Below, one piece after another: positions 37,780-52,713 of a DNA stretch of 64,000 nt. The notes under the pieces were generated by a model. The model was not told the DNA's origin. It was given only the letters and a program-made list of their open reading frames with translations, and searched no databases. The stretch is taken from the NCBI RefSeq assembly GCF_006345805.1, contig NC_043008.1, positions 1,116,001-1,180,000 on the forward strand, written 5' to 3'. The stretch is from Octopus sinensis. Lineage: Eukaryota. Made by a program: the position numbers and the translations under genes. Position 1 is the first letter of the stretch. Each line of letters begins with the position of its first letter.

Positions 37780-38900
37780 GGTTGCCTTTAAAATCACTGC
37801 CTTTGCTTCTTTTTCTAACTTTCACTCCAGACACCAGCTACAGTTATCTGGTTCTCTTCTTCTTTTCCTCTCTTTAAGAACTGTAGTATGGAGGTAATAA
37901 AACGTCAGTGTTTCTTGGAAATGAAACTGCAAGGTGATGACTTTAATTTGTGATTTCTGTACTATATTCCTACAGCTTATTATGGTACGACAGCGCTTCA
38001 GCGACAGAACACGACATATTTGCAGAAAATAATCAATTTACGCGTGAAGTCAAATTTTGTGGGTGCGAGTTTAAATTACAGTTACCACTAAACGAGTTTA
38101 TCTATTTTATGAGTGATCAATCTCAAATACTGTTTCAGCCAATAATACAGCGGAAACAGTAATCGATACTTACACATTATAGATAGCTAAATGAAAGCGA
38201 GCTACGAAAGCAGAAGGAACAAGTGAAAGCTGACTGTAATACAGCTCGCAGAAGACTGGTGACTACTGCAGAACGGATAACTTGTCGTATGCAGAGAGCG
38301 ACGAGTCTGGCTGCAGGCAGACAAAAGTTTCCGCCTGATGAGTAGGATGATTCCTTCCAGAGAATGCAGCCAAACAGTCAGCAAAGATGCCAGGTAACAA
38401 CAGGTATAACGGACCAAGTAAAATGTTCAAAGTGTGGTACGTATTCTATCGGTTTCTTTTACGGAATTGCTAATTTAGGAGGACGTGAACAGACCGACAC
38501 CGGTTGTCAAGCAGTGGTAGGAAACAAACAAGAACACAAAGTGCCGCGCTCTAACTTTAATTTTATCTAAAGGCACGGATAGATAATATACGAGAGTTAC
38601 ACAAAGTGCTGGGCAGCGGTACGGAACATGGAATCATAGGGTTGGGAAAAAGTCTTCTTCGTCTCTCTCTTTCTTTGACTATCTATCTATCTGTTTGTCT
38701 GTCTGTGTATATATAGGGAGAGTTCACGAAACAAAGAAGCAAAAGACTAAGACGGTTGGTGTACAAGACAAACAAATGTATTAGTACAACGCTCAGGAAT
38801 AGAAACAGTATTCGCTCTTCTACAGAAAGGGAGACAGAAAAAAAACAAGAAGAGAAAGAAGAGAAAATGATGTGTGTAATGGCTAACGATCTATATCTAT

Positions 38901-38981
<81 letters not shown>

Positions 38982-38987
38982 CATCTA

Positions 38988-39024
<37 letters not shown>

Positions 39025-39041
39025 ATATATATATATATATA

Positions 39042-39861
39042 TGAGATGTAGTCAAAAGTGTCTGATTTTGATTTTCGTTTTTGCACAAAATGATAAAGCG
39101 TAAGCAAATTTCGCACGGATATCAGATGGCTGCATCGTTCCTCAGCATGCAGAAAATGTTTCGTATCTTTAGGTAGCGTCCTTCGCCCGCAGTGACGTGT
39201 TGAGTACAGACGTGAAGACTGCACTGGGCGATTTTCCTTTTTGAGTCCAGAAGACCAAGTGCATTGAGCAAAATACTGCATCAAATTCTGCCAAATACTT
39301 GGCGATACGAAAGCCCAGAATATCGAGAAGGTTCAAAGAGCCTTTGAGATGATGCAATAGGGGGGAAACACAAATAAATGATTGGAACAACAGGTTCAAA
39401 GATGACGGCACCTCAGTGCCACGTTGTGCCAGATCATCAACGAGCAGAAACGAGGGAATTATGGCAAAGTTTCTTCGTCGCCTTCGTGAAGCAGTGTAGT
39501 GAAAACGACCCGAACTGAGGGCAATAAAGGACTGGCAATTCCACTATGAAAACGCACCCGCTCATTGGTCCCACATCGTCCAAGTATTCCTCGTCACGCA
39601 AAACACGCGACTCGTTCGTCAGGCTTCCTGCTTCCCAAGCTTGGATCCTTTGGACTTTTGGCTGTTCCCAAAGCTCAGAAAAAAAACGCTCAAAGAGGGG
39701 ATAAGACTGATTTTTGAGAAATGCTTCCACCAGGTACAGGAACACTGAGAGAACTGTAGACAACCACGGCGAATACTTTGAAGGAATCTAACTGAAAATG
39801 GTGAGGTTCTTAATATTAGTTGCTTTTGGCCAAATCCAGGATACTTTTTAAATACACCTCG
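39042..39861 (+). mobile_element. Internally deleted DD34D mariner element
   Basis: TA-flanked degenerate TIRs (TGAGATGTAGTCAAAAGTG left; reverse complement of the right end CGAGGTGTATTTAAAAAGTA). N-terminal IEQKYCIKFCQILG joined to C-terminal [34 protein letters not shown]; stops and frameshifts. Confidence 0.85.
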
Positions 39862-39909
39862 TATATATATACATACATACATACATATATATATACATAT
39901 ATATGTATG

Positions 39910-39940
<31 letters not shown>

Positions 39941-40038
39941 GTGTGTATGTATGTATGTATGTATGTATGTATGTATGTATGTATGTGTGTGTATGCATAT
40001 GTATCTATAAGTATATATATATATATATATATGTGTGT

Positions 40039-40088
<50 letters not shown>

Positions 40089-40745
40089 TGTTATATACGT
40101 GTATGTGTGTGTGTGGGCGCATTCCTCCATTTGCAATATATAACAATGGCACATATAGCAATGACACATTTGGTAATTTTCCCTATGAAGCGAGAAGAAA
40201 ATGGCATATCTAAATGAAACGGTAGTCTTCAAACACATAACAGTTAATCCCAGATTCCAGACGTAAGATTCACCTATAATTACATTAAATAATTTATTTT
40301 TACGGTGGCGCGCTCTAACTTTACTTTTATCTAAAGTAATTAAATGACATTTTGAAAAAATTTTAATTAAATTATAATTAAGAATTTCGAAAAGTGAGAA
40401 TGTCTTTTCTTCATTATTTTTTTTTAATTACATGTGACATTTTCACCCACTTGTACAATTCTAATCTATGTCACATTAACAACACACTTATTTTATTTGA
40501 CATTCAAAGTGTGTTACATTTTCAGCGATGTGACGTAGTGGTGTATTTAGAACTTTTAGATATCCTTCCAATATATTGAAAAGAAAAAACAAAGAAAAAA
40601 CATTCAGGTAAAACCCACACAGGAACATAGAGACACACACCGCACCAAATACGTATAAGATTTTTATATACCCGCCTCAAACACAATTATAAAACTGCTA
40701 CTCATAGTTTCACGTTTCCGTTCGTCGGGCACTTGTGAACCACAC

Positions 40746-40776
<31 letters not shown>

Positions 40777-40798
40777 TACCTATATATATATAATTGTA

Positions 40799-41525
40799 GG
40801 CGCAGGCGTGACTGTAAGACAATGTGCTTGCTTCTCAGTTACATGGTTCCGGGGTCAGTTCCCTCACGTACTAAGTGTCTTCTGCTATAGCCTCGATCCC
40901 TAACCCTGACTATTACCTGGAAAGAGCTGAAAGAGGCCCTGTACATATATATATATATAATTTATATTTTTATATTTTTATTAAAATTTTATAATTTTAT
41001 ATTTTTTATGCAAAACCTAATTCAGAAACGCGCGTCCATGGATGACCAGATATTGATTGATTTTCGTTGCGTTATTCTCCGCTTGTGTGAATTATCTTCA
41101 ATTATTTAGGTTTCTCTGGGAGACCCTTTTTAAAGTAGAAGGAATAGGTAAGATTTTTGGCTGCTATTTCTAAACTTCCGTGTGTGGTGAAGCAAATCTT
41201 TGCTGAACTCTTTTATTAGTATTATACATATATATATATATTTATATATATAGGTATATACATACACACACACACATATATATATATGTATGTATGTATA
41301 TACCTATGCGTAAATGTCTTTGTGTCTTTGTTTCCCCACAACCCACTCACACTACAAATCCTTGACAATCAGCGTTGGCGTATTTACGCCCCGCCATTTA
41401 TTGGTTCGGCAAAAGGGGGCCGATATGTTAAATACTAAGTTTTAAAAAGATAAGTTACGGGGTCGATTTCTCTGATTAATTCCCTTCAAGCTGGTCAAAT
41501 GACTGGAATTGGTAAAAGACAAAAG
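40799..41525 (+). mobile_element. Degenerate, interrupted SINE family A (5' part 40799-40945, 3' part about 41310-41525)
   Basis: GGCGCAGGCGTG..ACATGGTTCCGGGGTCAGTTCCC head and CTTGACAATC..GGTTCGGCAAAAG..TCAAATGACTGGAA tail. Confidence 0.65.
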
Positions 41526-41544
41526 AGAAAGGCGTGTGTGCGTG

Positions 41545-41870
41545 TCTGATTGTGTGTGTGTGTGTGTTTGGATGTGTGTGTGTTTATGAATGTGTTTATG
41601 TGAATATGTGTATGTGAATGTGTGTACGTTTCTTATTGTGTGTGAATGTGTGTGTAAATTTGTGTGTGTTTGTGTGTGTGAATGTGTGTTTGTGTGTGTG
41701 AATGTGTATTTGTGAATGTGTGTGTGAATGTGTGTGTGTGAATGTGTGCTTGTGTGTGAATGTGTATGTGCAAATGTGTGTGCGCGAATGTGTGTGTGGG
41801 AATGTGTGTGTTCACGTGTGTGAATGCTTATGTGTGCGTGTGTGAATGTGTGTCTGTGTGTGAACGTGTA
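41545..41870. repeat. (GT)n-AAT compound micro/minisatellite
   Basis: Repeated GTGTGTGAAT-type units. Confidence 0.9.
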
Positions 41871-42159
41871 CCCGAAGAAGTAAGATAATAATAGAAGAAT
41901 TAGATTTACTCAAAGCAAAAAGACTCGAGCGCTGAAAGTTATGAAGCTAGTATCTAATCAGGGGTCATGAGATTATATACTGTGATAATGGTATTTCCCT
42001 GGATTGTTGTGGCCCAAGATATAAAAGCAATTGATATGTCACATGGTTAATTAATATTTTTGAAATGGTCTGCCCGTTATGGCGTCCAATAAATAGATAA
42101 ATGTATAAATAAACAAATAAGGAAACTTCAATTATTTATGGATATATATATCCGCAAGG

Positions 42160-42235
<76 letters not shown>

Positions 42236-44512
42236 ATATATATATATATATATATTTATTTATTTATTTATGCATGTATGAATGCAAATGTGTCTGTGTG
42301 TCTGTGTCTGTGAGAAATAAAAGGAAGTAAATTGTTAGTATTTGGTTTATATCTTATCCATTACATTATTACTGCGATCGATAATCTAGATCGATGAATA
42401 ATCATATATCGTAAATTATAACTTACAAAAATATTATCATTCGGCATACTTAAAAAAACATGAGAAATATGTGTCACCCGACGAGTCTGGAGAGAACGAG
42501 TAGGAGGAAGGTTGACAGCCTGAATTCCAATGTTAGTTTGTGGTGTAAATAATAACAAGCGTGGAAAGATCGGTGTAACTAAAGAGATAGTGTCGTCACG
42601 AAGCACATTGAGAGGAGATCTGTCGAATATCCTTGCCTTGACGGAGAAAGAGACAGGGAATATTATAACAAACAATCAAGTTACGACGGGCAGTTGGGGT
42701 ATAGGTTAAACGAAATTATTTGGTGTATTTCTTTGTGTTTATAAACCATCTGAAACCAGACAAATCCTGAGGTTTGCTGTTGGACGAATGGTTAGGTGAG
42801 GTGTCTGCGTCTAATGCCTAATATAAGAAATGAGATACCAACACACACAATGATATACACACATGCAATATATATATATGTATACATTTGTATTTATATA
42901 AAGACATATATACATATATATGCACACACACACATACATATACATACATGCATACATTCATTTATACATTCATATATACACACACACATGCAAAATGCAC
43001 ATTTACGTGAGTGTGAAGATGAGCAAATACGAGAAACATAATTGTTTATTACTTAGAATTTGCAAAACTCAAGAACGAGATATTTATTAAAGGAATGGAT
43101 GTCTCAATATCACTCTTGCAAATGTTTGGATAATTCATTTTTTTTAATGTAAAGTTAGAAAACGAATTTGGAGGGATAAAAGCAACGGACGGTCATTGTA
43201 TATTTTAGAAAACAGAAGACAATGTCAGTGCTCGTTTGTGAAGGGAGACGCTTGATATCAAGCCTTAACACACACACACAAAAAAAGAGCAGATGATGTT
43301 CTCGATGATATCAGATGTAATAAAAACCATGAAGGCGCCGAACCAATGCTCCTGAAGCTATAACTGTCTGTTTACGAAAACATCTCAATGACGTCATGTA
43401 GCAGATTGTTTTTACAAGATATACTGCTGGTCAACAGAATTACCTCTAACTTAGCGCCTAAAGACAAATTAATTATACAGAAGAATCTTTAGGAAATAAA
43501 CTCCGAAACACGACACAGATTCAGAGAGATTAACCCATCACTGATCCAAATCAAAATGAACGAAGGACCACTGAATTACGCCAGAATTCTACGAATAGCA
43601 GCAGGCACGAACCATTATTATAGCTCTTATAATGCATAATAGGAATTCCTCACGAGCAAATTTACTTTCAGTTGTACGATACGATGCTTATCTGTCTTTT
43701 AACATAAGTATATGAAATTAAAAATTATATTTCTTCAAATACTGCATGTTATTTTAAAATTAATGTATTAACGTTTAAAAAAATAAATAATTAGTGTTAG
43801 GTATATATTTATGTGTGTGTGTGGGTGTGTTTGTGCGTATGTGTGTGTGTCGGTGTGTGTATGTGTGTGTGTGCCCGTGTGCATGTGCCTGTGCGCACGC
43901 ATACGTGTGTATTTGTATGTATATTGATATAATTATAAAGTTATATATATATATAATATATATAATACAATGCTAAATATATACATACTTACATACATAA
44001 GTGCATAATATGTGTGTGTGTGTATGTATATAGAAATAGATATAAAGTCATACATATATAATATATAATACAATATTATATACATACATACTTACATACA
44101 CACACACACACATATATATATATATGCGCACACATTCAAATCTCTATATAGGCTATGGAGAAACCTCTCGTTCATTTAGTCACTTTGTATCGTTTGTGTG
44201 ATTAAAAAATACAAGTAATTACTTATACGTATTTGCTGAGATTTATTTATCGTGTTTGTAGTGCACCACACACACACACACACACACCACACACACCCGC
44301 ACACCACAAACACGTACCCGCACACACACATTGAGCAAATGAATAAATAAAACGACTCGACCGAAACAGATTGGTGAATAAGATTATGCATACGTGTATA
44401 AAATGGCACAAATTTAAGTATACAGACTCACATACAACTACGTGCGTACATATATGGGTATATAAAAATATGAACACCATATATATATATGTATGCATTT
44501 ACATGTATATTT

Positions 44513-44560
<48 letters not shown>

Positions 44561-44618
44561 CTATGCACGTATTGTGCGCTAACACAACACACGCGCACAC
44601 ATACACACACACACACAC

Positions 44619-44676
<58 letters not shown>

Positions 44677-45737
44677 CTTATATACTATTCTTCTTTCATA
44701 TAGCAAATTGCTTGATTGATTAATCATATTCCCTTGCTCAATAAATAAACGATAGAAGGAATCAGCGAATCAGCATAACATTAAATATAACTTTGTTGGC
44801 TTATATGATTGAAAGTAGAGCTGTGTTTCGACTGACGAAATTGTATTCGTCTATTAATTAGAGTAAAATTATAAAGTAGAGATAGACATTTTGATAAAAA
44901 TAACGCATTTCTATGATTTACGACCAAGATAAATTAGGGGAATATATTCAATGTATTGAGTTTCATCGTTCTAAGACTAAATACAATTCCCTTTGCTAAT
45001 CATCACCCTGTAACAATTGTTAATTTTATCAATCCGATTCAAAGCACTAACTTCAAATGGTTTCACTTTCGATTTGACAGGAATTAAAAGAAGCTATTAA
45101 GCTTAGTAATGTGTGAAATCTTAAAATGTTGCATCAGTTCAATTTGATCCCTAACACGCTAATAGAAGTGTGTGTTATTATTCAAGCAGAAAATTAGAAG
45201 AATAATGGCCATAATACGCCAGAGGTTATCACATCAGCATGACTAGTTATGCTTATCCAATTACGGCAGAAAACGACTGAGATCAAGGTCACGTTGGAAC
45301 TCAATATCATCTCCTAATATCATTTTGTTGTTGTTGTTGTTGTTGTGAATGATGTAGTTGCTGTTGCTTATAACCACGTTAAACTTGATTGAGTATAACT
45401 ATCACCAAAAGCGTTTTACTGATGACCGCCTCGTCTTTTATATTTATTTAATCTCTCCGGAAATTTATTAATCTAATTGCTCTTCATTTTATTCGACAAA
45501 AGTGCATGAGCTGAATAGAGATTTGCTACTATTTATAACCATGCTAAACATGAGTGTATATGTGTGGGTGTGTGTATGTGTGTGTGTGTGTGCGTGCGTG
45601 TGTGCGTGTGTGTATGTGTGTGTATAGTGCCTTTGTTAGTAAATATAAAGAAACGCATATATGAACGCATAACAACGCAGTCACACACAGAAACACACAC
45701 ACATACGCACATGTAAATACACATGTACACACACATG

Positions 45738-45792
<55 letters not shown>

Positions 45793-46365
45793 GCATACAG
45801 TCCTTTTATTAGTAAATATAAAGATAAACATACATATCTGCATATTTACACATACACACACGACCACACATATATATTCACAAAAGACACACACAAACAT
45901 ACAGTCACACACAGACACTCACGCGCACATACATATGTGTATAATGAAGATGGCTTACAACACTTTAAAACCAACGAGGAAATAATTCAGCGACATTAGA
46001 GTGACATATGTGCTGTGAGCACCAACATTGCTAGGAAAAAAAAACAAGTCGTAGACTCCTTATTCACAAAAAGGAGATGGCGGTATGGATTTCCACCCCA
46101 TCTGAAACTCGGAGTTTTATCAGGGCTACCGAAATATTGTCACATATTACATTTACAGATAAATTCCTATATTTACATAATATCGAAGTATCTTTCTTTC
46201 TTTTGTTATCTTACCGTTTTTAACAGTATATATATATATATATATATATGCCTGTATGTGTGTATATATATATATATATTTACAAATATATATATATATA
46301 TATATATACTTATATATATATATATGTGTGTGTGTGTAAAGATATATATATATATATATATATAT

Positions 46366-46395
<30 letters not shown>

Positions 46396-46404
<9 letters not shown>

Positions 46405-47428
46405 TAGATATATACCTACACACCCAGCCACATAGAAATGTCTCATTCTAGGTTTATCTTCTCTTTTAATTGCTTTCGTAATTTGCTTGCATCTTCCCAT
46501 ATAATACGCATTGAAAATAGCAATTCATCGTGATTCATGTGTTGTAAAAATATCGGGAATATATATTTTGCTCTCACATTATCACCAAGGTCATCAGAGT
46601 ACGCTGGATTTTTTCCGTACACTATTTATATATTTTCGTATATAATTTTATAAATAATTCGCTCCTTGTTGCCCTGACATGAAACGTAAATACAAACTTA
46701 GTCAGACACACACATACACACGCTCATGCACATACACATATGCTTACAATCACATACATTCATACATATATTTTGGGATTGATGCTGGTAGCTGTTGCAA
46801 TCATTTGGAGTCAAAGGTTGGTGGACTGATAGTGAATATGGCGTGGGTTGCATCAGTTAAGATGTCAGTGACGGGGCACGGGTATTATTGGTTTTGTTGT
46901 GGTTATATTGTTCTTGCTAATTGTATTGTTGCAGCTGTTTAATCTCAAATCCATTCCCATAGATCTGAGATCAAAGGCATTTCCCTCGACTTTTAAAATA
47001 TATTATAAATCAACATCGCTTGTATTTATTTGAAATGAATTTGTTTATCTACTTCAAACTACAAAGTACTGTTGCTGGCGATGGTTATGTTCATGTTAAC
47101 GATAAAATAAAACACGCACACAGGCATACATGCATACGCATATACATACATTCATATTCATATACATACACCCACCGCACACATATGTGTGTATATATAT
47201 ACACATATGGTCACATTATGCACATCATTTATATTGGGGTATATGTGTGTAGAAGTGGCCATTCAGCTCAGAAAAAAAGTAAAGTTTTATATTGCTAACT
47301 ATTTAAAATTATGCAAACGAGTTTCCGTAAGAGCGAAATTACAGAACGTATCCTGAAATTAATGGACATAATTTTACAATGATGACCATTAATTTTACAA
47401 TGCCTGAGGTAAGCGTAATACGGCGGAT

Positions 47429-47510
<82 letters not shown>

Positions 47511-47721
47511 TGCAAACACACACACACCACACACATGCAAACTCACACACACGCACGCTCGCACACGCGCACCCACACACACATACACACACACGTAGCA
47601 GCATCAGCGCCGAGCAGTAATAAAGGAACTGCAGTGAATTTGCCTTAGGAAGTTGAAATATGTCACACAAACATATTGAAAACAGACTAAAGTATTAAAA
47701 CATACATCAATATACGCACAC

Positions 47722-47770
<49 letters not shown>

Positions 47771-48885
47771 TATATAATATATTATATATATATATATAAT
47801 ATATATGTGTGTATATATATGTGTGTGTGTGTGTGTAAATATATACATATATATATATACCTACACACCCACTCACATAGAAATGTCTCATTCTAGGTTT
47901 ATCTTCTCTTTTAATTGCTTTCGTAATTTGCTTGCATCTTCCCATATAATACGCATTGAAAATAGCAATTCATCGTGATTCATGTGTTGTAAAAATATCG
48001 GGAATATATATTCTGCTCTCACATTATCACCAAGGTCATCAGAGTACGCTGGATATTTTCCGTACACTATTTATATATTTTCGTATATAATTTTATAAAT
48101 AATTCGCTCCTTGTTGCCCTGACATGAAACGTAAATACAAACTTAGTCAGACACACACATATACACACACATACACACGCTCACGCACATACACATATGC
48201 TTACAATCACATACATTCATACATATATTTTGGGATTGATGCTGGTAGCTGTTGCAATCATTTGGAGTCAAAGGTTGGTCGACTGATAGTGAATATGGCG
48301 TGGGTTGCATCAGTTAAGATGTCAGTGACGGGGCACGGGTATTATTGGTTTTGTTGTGGTTATATTGTTCTTGCTAATTGTATTGTTGCAGCTGTTTAAT
48401 CTCAAATCCATTCCCATAGATCTGAGATCAAAGGCATTTCCCTCGACTTTTAAAATATATTATAAATCAACATCGCTTGTATTTATTTGAAATGAATTTG
48501 TTTATCTACTTCAAACTACAAAGTACTGTTGCTGGCGATGGTTATGTTCATGTAACGATAAAATAAAACACGCACACAGGCATACATGCATACGCATATA
48601 CATACATTCATATTCATATACATACACCCACCGCACACATATGTGTGTATATATATACACATATGGTCACATTATGCACATCATTTATATTGGGGTATAT
48701 GTGTGTAGAAGTGGCCATTCAGCTCAGAAAAAAAGTAAAGTTTTATATTGCTAACTATTTAAAATTATGCAAACGAGTTTCCGTAAGAGCGAAATTACAG
48801 AACGTATCCTGAAATTAATGGACATAATTTTACAATGATGACCATTAATTTTACAATGCCTGAGGTAAGCGTAATACGGCGGGAT

Positions 48886-48924
<39 letters not shown>

Positions 48925-48928
48925 CACA

Positions 48929-48990
<62 letters not shown>

Positions 48991-49175
48991 CAAACTCACA
49001 CACACGCACGCTCGCACACGCGCACCCACACACACATACACACACACGTAGCAGCATCAGCGCCGAGCAGTAATAAAGGAACTGCAGTGAATTTGCCTTA
49101 GGAAGTTGAAATATGTCACACAAACATATTGAAAACAGACTAAAGTATTAAAACATACATCAATATACGCACACG

Positions 49176-49207
<32 letters not shown>

Positions 49208-49233
49208 ATATATATATAATATATATATATATA

Positions 49234-49264
<31 letters not shown>

Positions 49265-49290
49265 GTGTGTATATATATGTGTGTGTGTGT
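46396..49290. repeat. Near-identical tandem duplication, unit about 1.45 kb (46396-47857 and 47858-49290)
   Basis: The same unique sequence recurs at offset 1445-1453 (e.g. AGAAATGTCTCATTCTAGG at 46434 and 47879); identical ORF pairs appear in the ORF track. Confidence 0.95.
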
Positions 49291-49589
49291 GTGTGTGTAT
49301 GTATATATATATATATGTGTGTGTGTATGTCTGTGTATGTGTGTGTGAATGACTTCGTGAGTGAGTGACTGTAACTGTATGCATGAGTGCGAGTGTGTGT
49401 GTACGTATGCATATATGATTATTTTCACAAAAGATGCATTGTTTTAAAATGTTCGAATACAATACGTAAACACAGAAGCACATCAACGTCTATTCATACA
49501 GATGCATAGAAACATATAGAATATGCATGTATACACGTATTCATATACATATATAAACCAATGTATATGCACACATACGAGTAGGTCGT

Positions 49590-49775
49590 CGGCTAATCGG
49601 CCAACATACTTAGAGGCATTTCAGCCGTCTTTACATTCTGAGTTCAAATCCCGCTGACGTCGTCCATCTTCGTTTCGGGTTGATAAAATAAGTACCAGTT
49701 GAGCATTAGAGTGATGTAATCGACTTGACCAATTCCCCCAAATTGCTGGCATTGTACCAACATTTGAAAGCAATA
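49590..49775 (+). mobile_element. Degenerate SINE family B
   Basis: TTACATTCTGAGTTCAAATCCCGCT..GATAAAATAAGTACCAGTTGAGCA..GATGTAATCGACTT. Confidence 0.7.
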
Positions 49776-49777
49776 TG

Positions 49778-49820
<43 letters not shown>

Positions 49821-49919
49821 CAAGAGAAAAACAGGATGCAAAGGATTTAGCGGTACATATGTTTCTGGCTTTATTGGACAGTTTATATCAATGCATAATT
49901 GATGTAATATGTATGTCAA

Positions 49920-50200
49920 TAGCCTTGTTTTGCTGGTCTCTCGTGTAGTTGCACCCCACATAAAATAATCAAAGGGGTCGCAATCTGCAGAGTTAAGTGG
50001 CCAGATGTTAGTGGTGGTGTGGTCGGAGAAATCGTCTGACAGCTATGACTGGGTTCTCCTGCTTGTGTGGCATAGTGCAGATTCCTGTTGCCAGACTTAT
50101 TTTTTCCGGCACCCACTCTCTTGACCCAGGGCATCAATGCGTCCTCCAGGTACTCCTCCGTGTTGAGTCTGAGGCCGTGTTGGAAGATGAATGGAGGCGT
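49920..50200 (-). mobile_element. Degenerate DD37D (maT-type) mariner transposase fragment, second copy
   Basis: [42 protein letters not shown] and IWPLNSADCDPFDYFMWG; same family as 3228-3652. Confidence 0.85.
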
Positions 50201-50296
50201 AACAAAAATCTACAATACTTTGTAGTTGATAGAATCAAAAGCAAACATGCACACGCGTGAAAATATGTATATATACATAAACACACACAGATATAG

Positions 50297-50320
<24 letters not shown>

Positions 50321-50336
<16 letters not shown>

Positions 50337-50348
50337 ATGTATATATGT

Positions 50349-50383
<35 letters not shown>

Positions 50384-51428
50384 ATTATGATACACTTGAA
50401 GTAGGTACTTAGGTTGAGACAACAAGTCAGTCCAGTATTATACGCACAGCATGAATTAAGGTGAATAAAAAGCAAATAAGTTTCAAGGTTGTCAAGGTAT
50501 TGGTGTATTACGGCCGTTTGGGGCGGCTTCATTTAATCGATCAATGCAGGCATTACATCAATTTGAATTACACCGCCTTCCTTATGCATGCGAGGAAAGA
50601 TATTTTTTACTTGTAAGACCCGCCTGAAACGGCCGTAATGTAATAATATCTTGACATCACATCCTTCTTACGTATTTGCTTATATAAATATATAAATACC
50701 CACGCTCCCACACACATACACACACACACACATATATATATCAATGTACGCTAACATATCCCCAGGAGACTTTCTTCAGCCACTATATTCATTCATATTT
50801 TCCCCACACAACATCAGCACCTTCCGTCGCCCAAGATAGTGTTCAATTAATTGAATTCTTTCACCAACCTTCTCACATCAAAGAACCTTTCCTAGTGGTG
50901 CTAATTCTCTACTTTTCTTCCAGTAGGCGTACTTAAAAAACCCCTTATGAAAACCGTTTTAGAATCAAATAACTTGTATTCATTTCCTCAACACTGAAAG
51001 CCTTGTCCATTCTTCATTAACACTTAACTTAGGAAAGCTATTATTTCGTTTCTTCTCACTTGCTAGTTAATTCGTTAAAACTTACGCGTGACTTGACATC
51101 AAATTTATTAAAAGGCTAAATAGCAGAAGGTTTAACCTGACATTTATAAATGAAGGATTGTATCGAAAATATATGTACCATATATATGTGAGTTCCAGTT
51201 GAATTCATTTATATGTTACGCGTGTGAGATGAGACGGGTAAAGTGTGTGAAGAAAGATACAGGAGTGTTTGTGAAATTATACCACGCGTATTTGCGCATG
51301 CATACATACACACATGCATACATACATACACACACTCATATATGTGTGTGTGTGTGTAGAAGTGTTATATTCATTTATAAGTATTACTATTTCTCTCTCT
51401 TCTTTCTCTTTCGTGATATATATATATA

Positions 51429-51462
<34 letters not shown>

Positions 51463-51474
51463 ATGTATATATGT

Positions 51475-51509
<35 letters not shown>

Positions 51510-51857
51510 ATTATGATACACTTGAAGTAGGTACTTAGGTTGAGACAACAGTCAGTCCAGTATTATACGCACAGCATGAATTAAGGTGAATAAAAAGCAA
51601 ATAAGTTTCAAGGTTGTCATGGTATTGGTGTATTACGGCCGTTTGGGGCGGCTTCATTTAATCGATCAATGCAGGCATTACATCAATTTGAATTACACCG
51701 CCTTCCTTATGCATGCGAGGAAAGATATTTTTTACTTGTAAGAGTTGCATTAATCGATTAAATGGACCCGCCTGAAACGGCCGTAATGTAATAATATCTT
51801 GACATCACATCCTTCTTACGTATTTGCTTATATAAATATATAAATACCCACGCTCCC

Positions 51858-51899
<42 letters not shown>

Positions 51900-52682
51900 C
51901 AATGTACGCTAACATATCCCCAGGAGACTTTCTTCAGCCACTATATTCATTCATATTTTCCCCACACAACATCAGCACCTTCCGTCGCCCAGATAGTGTT
52001 CAATTAATTGAATTCTTTCACCACCTTCTCACATCAAAGAACCTTTTCTAGTGGTGCTAATTCTCTACTTTTCTTCCAGTAGGCGTACTTGAAAAACCCC
52101 TTATGAAAACCGTTTTAGAATCAAATAACTTGTATTCATTTCCTCAACACTGAAAGCCTTGTCCATTCTTCATTAACACTTAACTTAGGAAAGCTATTAT
52201 TTCGTTTCTTCTCACTTGCTAGTTAATTCGTTAAAACTTACGCGTGACTTGACATCAAATTTATTAAAAGGCTAAATAGCAGAAGGTTTAACCTGACATT
52301 TATAAATGAAGGATTGTATCGAAAATATATGTACCATATATATGTGAGTTCCAGTTGAATTCATTTATATGTTACGCGTGTGAGATGAGACGGGTAAAGT
52401 GTGTGAAGAAAGATACAGGAGTGTTTGTGAAATTATACCACGCGTATTTGCGCATACGAATACAAGCAGTTCCTTCGTATCTGTTGTTCGCAGGGCCATA
52501 TCTATAGCAGTACGAACATTCCCGATATTACATACACACATGCATACATACACACATGCATACATACATACACACACTCATATATGTGTGTGTGTGTGTG
52601 TGTAGAAGTGTATATTCATTTATAAGTATTACTATTTCTCTCTCTTCTTTCTCTTTCGTGATATATATATATATATATATAG

Positions 52683-52713
<31 letters not shown>

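Noticed and set aside
42470-42700. GC-richer unique segment with open frames on both strands
   Set aside because: No splice-site pair or recognisable motif.
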